Numbered from the stretch's first letter, positions 1-7,504 are shown. The stretch is 12,681 nucleotides of DNA from Candidatus Aenigmatarchaeota archaeon (GCA_043801595.1 JAZDLW010000024.1:1-12681); one strand, 5' to 3'. Made by a program: numbers and translations. The notes: a model not told the origin generated them from the letters alone.

Positions 1-1
1 G

Positions 2-934
2 AAAAAGAATGCGGATGTGATCGAAAACTTCGAGGTGACTGATCTGCTGTTCGAAGGCGGAAGGGTTGTCGGCGTAAAGGGCACTGGCAAAGATAAAAAC
101 GAAAAGACGTTCAACGCGAAAGTCGTTGTAGGCGCTGACGGTGCGGGTTCTATTGTCGCGAGCAAATTGGGGCTTAATAATTTCGAAGCTGACAGATCGC
201 TTGTCGCTGTGAGAGCGTACTATGAAAACGTCGAGCCTGTCGAAGGCTACATAGAGTTTCATTTTCTCGAAGAATTGATGCCAGGTTATTTCTGGATATT
301 TCCTGTCGGTGACAACGAATACAACGTAGGAATAGCCGTTGTTGCCGAGGACGTTTCAAAAAGAAAACTCAACCTGAAGGATAAACTGAACGAAATAACC
401 GCAAAGTCGAGGTTCTCGGACCGGTTCAGAAATGCAAAACAGATAACGGACATAAAGGGCTGGAACCTTCCGACAGGCGCGCAGAAGAGGAAGCGCGCCG
501 GAGACGGATTCATACTCGTGGGCGACGCAGCATCGCTGATAGACCCGTTTACAGGCGAGGGCATCGGAAACGCGCTGACAAGCGGAAAGCTTGCCGCAGA
601 AACCATAGCTGACGCAATCGGGAAAAACGATTTTTCGTACAGGTCGTTGGGCGCCTACGAGGAGAAAATAAACGCAACGTTTGGAAACGAATTTGCCGCG
701 AGCTACAAATTCCAGAGGTTCGGCAAAAACCCGGTCATGTTCAACGCGCTCATCGAAACATTAAGCAGGGACAAGAACACGATGAAGATCGCCACATCGA
801 CCTTCATGAAACCCAAAGACAAAAAAGCCACATTCAAAATACCTTTCAGGATGTACCTGCGCGTTTTGTTCAGGTATATTTCAGACGTAATTAAAATCAA
901 GGTCTCCAAGAATAAACATTTAGGAAAGGTTTAA
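2..934 (+). CDS. Geranylgeranyl reductase family FAD-dependent oxidoreductase (5'-truncated by window edge)
   Basis: Frame is open from position 2 (KKNADVIENF...), so the GTG at 17 is not the true start and the N-terminal GxGxxG is outside the window. Motifs VVGADG, PGYFWIFP, YNVG and LVGDAASLIDPFTGEGIGNA are typical of the GGR/FixC-like family. Basic amphipathic C-terminus. Confidence 0.9.
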   Translation, partial: KKNADVIENFEVTDLLFEGGRVVGVKGTGKDKNEKTFNAKVVVGADGAGSIVASKLGLNNFEADRSLVAVRAYYENVEPVEGYIEFHFLEELMPGYFWIFPVGDNEYNVGIAVVAEDVSKRKLNLKDKLNEITAKSRFSDRFRNAKQITDIKGWNLPTGAQKRKRAGDGFILVGDAASLIDPFTGEGIGNALTSGKLAAETIADAIGKNDFSYRSLGAYEEKINATFGNEFAASYKFQRFGKNPVMFNALIETLSRDKNTMKIATSTFMKPKDKKATFKIPFRMYLRVLFRYISDVIKIKVSKNKHLGKV

Positions 935-954
935 CCGAAAGAGAATGACTAGGA

Positions 955-1542
955 ATGATTCCCAATTTCATACGAAAGAACAGATTATTCGGCAAGGCTC
1001 TATACCTCGCAGACCGCGAAAGGTCCATGTACCTGACAAAACTTATAGAACCGAACCTGAACAAGAATGATACCATAATCGACGTAGGTTCCGGCGCATG
1101 CTGTTTGAATGAAATACTCGCAGAGCACGGTTACAAAGCTACGCCACTCGACGTCAAAAATTTGAGCCTCGTAAAAAACATCAAACCGATAATATACGAC
1201 GGCAAAAAAATGCCGTTCGGCGCAAATGAGTTCGACGTCGCTCTGCTGATAACAATGTTGCACCACACAAAATATCCTGAAAAGATAATCAAAGAAGCGA
1301 AACGTGTTGCTGGCAGAATAATAATCATCGAGGACATCTACACTGGAAACGCACACAAAAAACTTACCTGGTTTCTGGACAGCCTGTTTAATTTCGAGTT
1401 CGCCGGGCATCCGCACACAAACAAAACTGATAAAGAATGGCAGGATACGTTCAAGCGCATGGGGCTTAAACTCACGGACGTCGCTTATGTAAACGGACCG
1501 CTGGGAATAAGGCACGCCGCATACATGCTTGTCAAAGGCTAA
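955..1542 (+). CDS. Class I SAM-dependent methyltransferase (Methyltransf_11/UbiE-like fold)
   Basis: Motif I IIDVGSG, then YDGKKMPFGANEFDVALL, MLHH and EAKRVAGRIIIIE. 195 aa, 20 nt after the reductase stop, with AGGA immediately before the ATG. Confidence 0.9.
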   Translation: MIPNFIRKNRLFGKALYLADRERSMYLTKLIEPNLNKNDTIIDVGSGACCLNEILAEHGYKATPLDVKNLSLVKNIKPIIYDGKKMPFGANEFDVALLITMLHHTKYPEKIIKEAKRVAGRIIIIEDIYTGNAHKKLTWFLDSLFNFEFAGHPHTNKTDKEWQDTFKRMGLKLTDVAYVNGPLGIRHAAYMLVKG

Positions 1543-1552
1543 CGGCCCAATG

Positions 1553-1560
1553 TATTAATA
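1553..1560 (+). promoter_or_regulatory. Putative archaeal TATA box for pheS
   Basis: TATTAATA ends 22 nt before the ATG at 1583, the spacing expected for a leaderless archaeal transcript. The same spacing occurs at 7527-7534. Confidence 0.5.
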
Positions 1561-1582
1561 TCAAAATACACAAACCTATTTT

Positions 1583-3100
1583 ATGAAAAGAGGAAACGAC
1601 GTAGTGGACGAAAGAAATAGGTTTCATCCTCATGAAACTAAAGTTCTAAAAGCATTGTATGAATTGTACAAATCGACCAAAAACCACACGACAGATATAA
1701 AAATTCTTTCCAGCCAAACCGACCTTAATGAAGACTCCGTGAGAAAAGCAGCGTTGTGGCTAAGTAATAAAGGTTTGGTGAAATTGGGTGGTGATTCTAA
1801 GATATTTTATACGTTGACTATGGAGGGTGAAAAATATACCAAAGTTGGGATGCCTGAAAGCGAACTCTACAACCTGTTGGCCATCGAAGGTCCTGCTAAG
1901 ATAAGCAGTCTAAAAGGGCATGACATTGCAATAATGTGGGCAAAGAAAAAGGGATGGATAACTATCAACAACGGCGTTGTTAAAATTTATCAGCACCCAG
2001 CTGATCCGCACTTTGATCAAAACATGTTAAACGAAGTGAAACTTGGGCACTTCGATAAAATTCCAGACATGAAGTTGGATGAATTCAAAAAAAGAAAACT
2101 AATTAACGAATTCATTCGTAAAGAAGAAACGGTGACATTGACTGGTGAAGGTCTACGAGTTGCAGAACTATTCACCACCGATCCAGGTTTTGGAGCCGAA
2201 AATCCGATTGGAATGCTCACGCCTGAAATCATAAGATCTGGAGAATGGAAAAAACGTGGGTTCAGGTCATACGATGTATCGTTATCAGTGAATGCGGCTG
2301 CATGCGGAAAAAAACACATCACATCGATATGGTCTGAAAAGATAAGAAAAATATTCCTGGATATGGGATTCAAAGAGGCTTCGGGACCCGTAGTAGAATC
2401 GAGTTTCTGGTGCTTTGACGCCCTGTATCAACCGCAAGACCACCCGTCACGCGAAATGGCGGACACGTTTTTCATGAAGACGCCAGCGAAATGCGAATTA
2501 CCGGATAAGAACGTGGTTGAGGCTGTAAAAGATTCACATGAAGGCGGGATTGAAGGTTCAACGGGTTGGGTGTACAAGTGGTCGGAAGAAATCACAAAAA
2601 AACCTGTCCTGCGAACGCACACTACTGCGGTTTCGGCACGCAGCCTTTACGGATTAACCCCACCGGCAAAAGTGTTCTGCATAGGGCGCACTTTCCGAAA
2701 TGAAACCGTTGATTACAAACATCTTCCCGAGTTTACGCAGGTCGAAGGCATTGTCGCTGACGAAAACGTGACGTTCCGCGATTTGCTCGGTTATCTGAAA
2801 GAATTTTATTTCAGGCTCGGATTTGAAAAGATCCGCTTCCGTCCTGCTTATTTCCCGTACACGGAGATGAGTGTTGAGCCGGAAGTTTATTTCGAGGAAA
2901 AGAATGAATGGGTCGAGTTGGGAGGCGCCGGAATACTCAGGCCCGAAGTTACGAAGCCGCTTGGCGTTGATGTTCCTGTGTTGGCGTGGGGTTTGAGCCT
3001 GGAGCGCCCGATTATGCTGATGACCGGATTGAACGACATACGCAATTTTTACTTCAAGAACGACCTGAAAATTCTCCGCGAATCGAGAGTGATGATATAA
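1583..3100 (+). CDS. pheS: Phenylalanine--tRNA ligase alpha subunit (archaeal type with N-terminal winged-helix domains)
   Basis: FDALYQPQDHPSREMADTF, VLRTHTT, motif 2 FRNETVDYKHLPEFTQVEG, YFPYTE, WVELGGAG and motif 3 AWGLSLER. 505 aa. An alternative in-frame GTG lies at 1604. Confidence 0.97.
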   Translation: MKRGNDVVDERNRFHPHETKVLKALYELYKSTKNHTTDIKILSSQTDLNEDSVRKAALWLSNKGLVKLGGDSKIFYTLTMEGEKYTKVGMPESELYNLLAIEGPAKISSLKGHDIAIMWAKKKGWITINNGVVKIYQHPADPHFDQNMLNEVKLGHFDKIPDMKLDEFKKRKLINEFIRKEETVTLTGEGLRVAELFTTDPGFGAENPIGMLTPEIIRSGEWKKRGFRSYDVSLSVNAAACGKKHITSIWSEKIRKIFLDMGFKEASGPVVESSFWCFDALYQPQDHPSREMADTFFMKTPAKCELPDKNVVEAVKDSHEGGIEGSTGWVYKWSEEITKKPVLRTHTTAVSARSLYGLTPPAKVFCIGRTFRNETVDYKHLPEFTQVEGIVADENVTFRDLLGYLKEFYFRLGFEKIRFRPAYFPYTEMSVEPEVYFEEKNEWVELGGAGILRPEVTKPLGVDVPVLAWGLSLERPIMLMTGLNDIRNFYFKNDLKILRESRVMI

Positions 3101-4722
3101 TGGCTGTTGTTACATTCGACCGTACTGACTTTGAAAACTTGCTCGGCAGAAAATTAAAGGATAACGATTACAAAGACCTTATACCGATGATCGGCGTAAC
3201 CACGGAAGAGCTGAACAAGGATTCGGTTTCGTTCGAAGTCTTCCCCAACAGGCCTGACATGCTTTCTTCGGAGGGCTTTGCGAGAGCGCTCAAATCGTTC
3301 CTATGGGGCGACCAACAGAAAAAATATGAGTCAGGCAAAGTGTTCGGAAGCATAACTGTGGACAGATCACTGAGAACTATCAGACCTTATGTGGTGTGCG
3401 CGGTTGTGCGAAACATAAAACTTACCGACACGTCGCTAAGGTCACTCATGCAGTTTCAGGAAAAAATACACGAAACTTTCGGAAGGAAACGCGCGCGGGT
3501 TTCGATCGGCGTACACGATATTTCCAAAATTGAATTTCCGCTGAAGTATGCGGCGTACGGGCCGGACGAAATTTCGTTCGTGCCGTTGGATTTTGACGAA
3601 AAGCTTACGCTCGGCGAGATACTTAAAAAACATCCGAAAGGGGTCGGGTATGCGTGCATTCTGGAAAACATGAAAAAATATCCTGTGATAACCGATGAAA
3701 AAAACCGAGTTTTGAGTTTTCCGCCGATAATCAACGGCGAATTAACAAGAGTCACGAATAATTCTAATAACCTTTTCATTGATGTGACCGGAACTTCGAA
3801 ACGCTACATTGAAAAAACCCTTGCAATACTGTGCGCATCGTTCATTGATCGCGGCGCGACAATCGAAAGCGTAAAAGTCATTTACGAAAAGCCGGAAATA
3901 ACGCCGAATATGTCCGCCCAGAAAATAAAGTTAAACGCGGGCTATCTGAACGAACTGCTCGATACTGACCTGAAAGAGGGTGAAATAAAGAAGATCCTTT
4001 CAAAAATGGGCATCGGATTTTCCGAAGGCGTCGCCTCTGTTCCGTGCTACCGTGCTGACGTAATGCACCAGATAGACATTGTCGAAGACGCGGCAATTGC
4101 GATCGGCTACGGTAATTTCATTCCGCGAATACCGAAAATACCCACTATGGCTGAACGCGACGCGCTGGCGGAAAAATGTTCCGCAATAAAGGAAATAATG
4201 ATCGGGCTGGGCGGACAGGAGGTCATTTCTTTCATACTCACAAACGAAAAGAGACATTTTGAAATGATGAACGTGAAAACAGAGGAGTGCGCGACTATTC
4301 TTAATCCGAAAACGGAGGACTATACAATATGCAGGAAATCGATAACGCCGTCGCTGCTGGATGTACTTAAGTCAAACATGCACAACGAATACCCTCAGAA
4401 GATATTCGAGGTTGGCGATTGCGTTTATGTTTATAAAAGCGAAACTGGCGCGATAAATGTGCGAAAGCTTGCATTCGCAACATCGCACCGCGATGCGGAT
4501 ATAAACGAGGTAAAATCGATTCTGGAAGCGTTTATGAAATTATCAGGCGAAAAGTACGAAATAAGGAATGCCTCGAATCCGTCGATGATTAAAGGCAGGT
4601 ACGGGGAGGTTTTTGCAGGTGAAAAGAAAATCGGCGCGATCGGTGAAATTGACCCGTCTGTCCTGAAAAACTGGGAACTGGAAAATCCTGTTGCTGTGTT
4701 TGAAATTTTGGTTGACTTTTAG
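3100..4722 (+). CDS. pheT: Phenylalanine--tRNA ligase beta subunit (archaeal type)
   Basis: True start is the ATG at 3100, overlapping the pheS stop (TAATG), giving MAVVTFD... and 540 aa. Motifs PNRPDMLS, QEKIHETFGRKR..SIGVHD, LSFPPIIN, YRADVMHQIDIVED and YPQKIFEVG. Confidence 0.97.
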   Translation: MAVVTFDRTDFENLLGRKLKDNDYKDLIPMIGVTTEELNKDSVSFEVFPNRPDMLSSEGFARALKSFLWGDQQKKYESGKVFGSITVDRSLRTIRPYVVCAVVRNIKLTDTSLRSLMQFQEKIHETFGRKRARVSIGVHDISKIEFPLKYAAYGPDEISFVPLDFDEKLTLGEILKKHPKGVGYACILENMKKYPVITDEKNRVLSFPPIINGELTRVTNNSNNLFIDVTGTSKRYIEKTLAILCASFIDRGATIESVKVIYEKPEITPNMSAQKIKLNAGYLNELLDTDLKEGEIKKILSKMGIGFSEGVASVPCYRADVMHQIDIVEDAAIAIGYGNFIPRIPKIPTMAERDALAEKCSAIKEIMIGLGGQEVISFILTNEKRHFEMMNVKTEECATILNPKTEDYTICRKSITPSLLDVLKSNMHNEYPQKIFEVGDCVYVYKSETGAINVRKLAFATSHRDADINEVKSILEAFMKLSGEKYEIRNASNPSMIKGRYGEVFAGEKKIGAIGEIDPSVLKNWELENPVAVFEILVDF

Positions 4723-5504
4723 CTATATAGGCTTCTTTCGATGCTTTGCAGCATCCTAAGTTTTGCATTGGCCTTTGCGGGCGTATATCTGAAGTGGCTG
4801 GCTCCGCATGCAAGTGTCAGATAGTCACCGTCCTTGGCGTGTTTTTTTAGATGTTCTATTATGTCTGCGACTGTTCTGAATCTTTTGCCTTTTCCAAAGT
4901 CCACACCCCATCCAACCCTTCCGCCTGATTCACGGAATTCGTTGTACTTCGAAGACAACATAATGTCATAAAGCGAAGCATCAAAGCTTATTGTTTTAAT
5001 TCCTATACCATATAACCTGTCCCATTCCATGTTCCCACATGTGTGTAAACCCAATTTCACACCGAGTTCCTTTACATCAGGGTTGTTTATCACAGGCGAC
5101 CAGAGATCAGGTAAAGCATCGTAGTTAGGATAAGTGCCCACACCAGGCTCGTCAATAAACAGGTCAATCTGATTAAGACCCAGCTCTCTGAAAGGGTGCA
5201 AAAGTACTGAAACGTGATTGTTAACAGCTGTGACAGCGTTATCAGCGCTGTATCCGTTTTGCATCAGCAGCACAACGCCTGGTGTTTGAAGTTTTACTGT
5301 TTTGCATCCCTGCTTTTTGATTTCACTCACAAATTCGTAAAGGCAAAGCATAGCACCCGGGAATTTTATATAGTCGTTCGCCATTGTTTCGCCTTTGGCT
5401 GTGAGTTCTGGCAGAAACGGCTTTCCGTGTTTAAAACTGTATCTTATTGCGCTGCGAACTTTCCGGTAAGGCGTAGACCCTATTCCTGTTATTACAAGAT
5501 TCAT
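4719..5504 (-). CDS. Core (single-barrel) cobalamin-independent methionine synthase-like protein, MetE C-terminal/UROD-like TIM barrel
   Basis: TGIGSTP, PFLPEL, VKLQTPG, FIDEPG, GLHTCG (HxC Zn ligands), ISFDA, GWGV and LACG (last Cys ligand). 261 aa. Its stop overlaps the pheT stop. Confidence 0.8.
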   Translation of the reverse strand: MNLVITGIGSTPYRKVRSAIRYSFKHGKPFLPELTAKGETMANDYIKFPGAMLCLYEFVSEIKKQGCKTVKLQTPGVVLLMQNGYSADNAVTAVNNHVSVLLHPFRELGLNQIDLFIDEPGVGTYPNYDALPDLWSPVINNPDVKELGVKLGLHTCGNMEWDRLYGIGIKTISFDASLYDIMLSSKYNEFRESGGRVGWGVDFGKGKRFRTVADIIEHLKKHAKDGDYLTLACGASHFRYTPAKANAKLRMLQSIERSLYS

Positions 5505-5537
5505 AACATTTGTAATTACTGCGAGAATTTATCGTTA

Positions 5538-6302
5538 TCAGTCGAAAATGAAACTGAAAAGCCTTTCAACGATGGTCCTGCTTCTTGGTGTGTACTCCAA
5601 ACCTGCGATCGTGTGGGCAAGTTTCGTAAATTCCTCGGCAGCAGGCGAGCCTGGCGACGTATGAACTACGGGCCTTCTCTTCGCTATCGAAATAGGAACG
5701 CTTACGTCCTCCGGTATCTCTGCAGTCACAGGGAACGATAACATATTTTCGACCTCAGCCTTTGTCAGCTCGTGATTCTTTCCGCTAACCCTGTTCAAAA
5801 CAACGCCTGTCAGTCTTTTGCCTTTTGACTCGATGATCTTTAACGTTTTCAGAGCGTCGGCAACGGACGGCAGATCCGGATTGGTCACGAGAAGCACCTC
5901 TTCCGAGGCGTCGATAGCGGATTGCGCCTCGCGCCCCAATCCTGCGGCAGAGTCTAAAATTATCAGGTCAACCGCGCCGGATAGGTTCGCAACAACATCG
6001 CTTAATGTTGACGGGTCTACGCCGTGCATTTCGTCGAACGATATTCCCGCTGGCAATACGAAAAAACCGGAATCGTGGCGGTATACCGCATCGCGAATCC
6101 GTGCCTCGCCGCGCATTACGTCGTGAAGCGTCACGGGTGCTAAAGGCATACCAAGATGAAATCCTATATTCGGCGTTGTCACGTTTCCGTCGATAACCAT
6201 GACTTTCTTGTTGAGTTTGGCGAGCGATGCTGCGAGATTTGAAACAAGAGTTGTCTTGCCTACGCCGCCCTTTCCGGACGCGACGCATATCAAACGTGTC
6301 AT
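5538..6302 (-). CDS. minD: MinD family ATPase (archaeal cell division ATPase MinD)
   Basis: Deviant Walker A SGKGGVGKTT, VIDGN, IILDSAAGLG, VTNPD, GVVLNR and IPED, plus an amphipathic C-terminal membrane-targeting helix (IVERLFSFIFD). 254 aa. Confidence 0.93.
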   Translation of the reverse strand: MTRLICVASGKGGVGKTTLVSNLAASLAKLNKKVMVIDGNVTTPNIGFHLGMPLAPVTLHDVMRGEARIRDAVYRHDSGFFVLPAGISFDEMHGVDPSTLSDVVANLSGAVDLIILDSAAGLGREAQSAIDASEEVLLVTNPDLPSVADALKTLKIIESKGKRLTGVVLNRVSGKNHELTKAEVENMLSFPVTAEIPEDVSVPISIAKRRPVVHTSPGSPAAEEFTKLAHTIAGLEYTPRSRTIVERLFSFIFD

Positions 6303-6366
6303 AATCCTAATTGGGTACGCTACAGATAAATGTGGTATTTTCCGTTTGTTTGCTCAGATAATTAAG

Positions 6367-6533
6367 CGGGCCTGATGGGATTCGAACCCACGACCTTTTG
6401 CTTTCTTCCATTCTATTTTGATCAAGCTTTTTTGAAACAACGAAAACAATCATGTTTTCGTGCACAGGAAATCCATGATTTCCCGTGAGCTTGTTAGAAG
6501 GCAACCGCTCTGTCCAAGCTGAGCTACAGGCCC
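6367..6533 (-). tRNA. tRNA-Arg(UCU), intron-containing (5' exon 6533-6495, 3' exon 6402-6367), CCA not encoded
   Basis: Minus strand reads GGGCCTG TA GCTC AGCTTGGACA GAGC G GTTGC CT TCT A [intron] A GCAAA AGGTC GTGGG TTCGAAT CCCAT CAGGCCC G. Acceptor stem is a perfect 7 bp, D-stem 4 bp, and the T-loop is canonical. Anticodon TCT at 6498-6496, A20 arginine identity element in the D-loop, G73 discriminator. Confidence 0.96.
6403..6494 (-). other. 92-nt archaeal tRNA intron at canonical position 37/38 with a bulge-helix-bulge motif
   Basis: Central 4-bp helix CUUC (tRNA 32-35) pairs with GAAG (intron end). Bulges are U36-A37|A and A-A|A38, and the outer h' helix is CA/UG. The intron body holds two hairpins (6487-6463 and 6461-6440). 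Confidence 0.92.
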
Positions 6534-6613
6534 ACGTCAAACCTCTACCTTCGGTAATACACCTGAAATAAGTATATCAATGGCATGCTTAAGACTTTTA
6601 TAGATCAAGCTTT
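6420..6613. repeat. 11-bp direct repeat GATCAAGCTTT (6420-6430 inside the intron; 6603-6613 upstream of the tRNA)
   Basis: Exact match read directly from the sequence. Confidence 0.6.
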
Positions 6614-6637
6614 CAGCTGCCGGTATTTAATCATATA

Positions 6638-7504
6638 TCACTGATAATGTCTTTCCCAACCTTCTTCAAAGGCTATGGGATTTGTTCCTCTTCTTGAAAA
6701 TCGGATTTTACTCACATCTGGGTTGCGCAATTTCTTTTCTTTCTCGGCTTCGGCTATTCTGAAATTACTTGTTATTCCCCTGGCCTTATTTACAACGTCT
6801 TCGGGGTTAAACCCATTCAACCTCAATTCTTCGGCCGAAAGAGTTTCGCCACTGATCAGATCGACAACATATTTTGCGAACAACTCCCTGTTTAGCATGT
6901 GTCGCAAATGATTGTCGCTAGATAGATGTTCAACAACGCGGGACTTCAACGCTTCCAAATCAATTCCGTTTACATTAAACGACAACTTATCCGATTCTTC
7001 AAGTATACTCCTTTGCCAGGATTCGTATTCGGGGCGTGTCAATGTCCGTTCTCTGATTTTGCTCCTCGTCGTAGCATCAGAATTTCTGTATACGATATCT
7101 TTTTGCAGGTCTATCCTTTCGGCGGAATTCATCAACCTGATTTCATCGTCTGAGTAGCCCATGAGCTTTCTGAACCTCCTTTGCAACCTACGCTTCAATT
7201 CTGCGTTGTATTTTATTGCGAACCGCTTTGCGCCCTTTTTCTGGTCCTGAGGCAGGTGTTTATATTTTTCGTACAGATTTTTTGCCTTTTCATATGAAAG
7301 GTCTGTGGCAGATTCTGCAAGCCCGAGTCTTTGAGAGTTCTTTCTTGCCCTTGACAGGTGATCGTCACGGCTTCCGAAGGCATCAGAATAGAACAACGCG
7401 TCAGCGAATCCAACAACGCTCCTGACAAAATTTGGATCCTCTCCCTGCTCCACCAAGACGTATCTTACGTACTGCCTGACCGGGACTGATGCGCTTTGCG
7501 CCAT
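6638..7504 (-). CDS. Hypothetical protein, highly charged and predicted helical (288 aa)
   Basis: Long ORF filling the space between the ASCH gene and the tRNA. Start reassigned to the ATG at 7504 (MAQSASV...) because TTTAAATA lies 22 nt upstream and the longer start would overlap the ASCH gene. No family recognised. Confidence 0.8.
   Translation of the reverse strand: MAQSASVPVRQYVRYVLVEQGEDPNFVRSVVGFADALFYSDAFGSRDDHLSRARKNSQRLGLAESATDLSYEKAKNLYEKYKHLPQDQKKGAKRFAIKYNAELKRRLQRRFRKLMGYSDDEIRLMNSAERIDLQKDIVYRNSDATTRSKIRERTLTRPEYESWQRSILEESDKLSFNVNGIDLEALKSRVVEHLSSDNHLRHMLNRELFAKYVVDLISGETLSAEELRLNGFNPEDVVNKARGITSNFRIAEAEKEKKLRNPDVSKIRFSRRGTNPIAFEEGWERHYQ

Noticed and set aside
2986..3099. Upstream extension of pheT in the ORF track
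   Set aside because: It overlaps the conserved pheS motif 3 region; the coupled ATG at 3100 gives the usual PheT N-terminus.
6403..6494. C/D box guide RNA inside the tRNA intron
   Set aside because: Only a degenerate AUGAUUG is present, buried in a hairpin, and there is no CUGA box D.
6307..6540. 77-aa minus-strand ORF spanning the tRNA and its intron
   Set aside because: It is the tRNA gene read as codons from a TTG start, and the intron is too short to encode a homing endonuclease.
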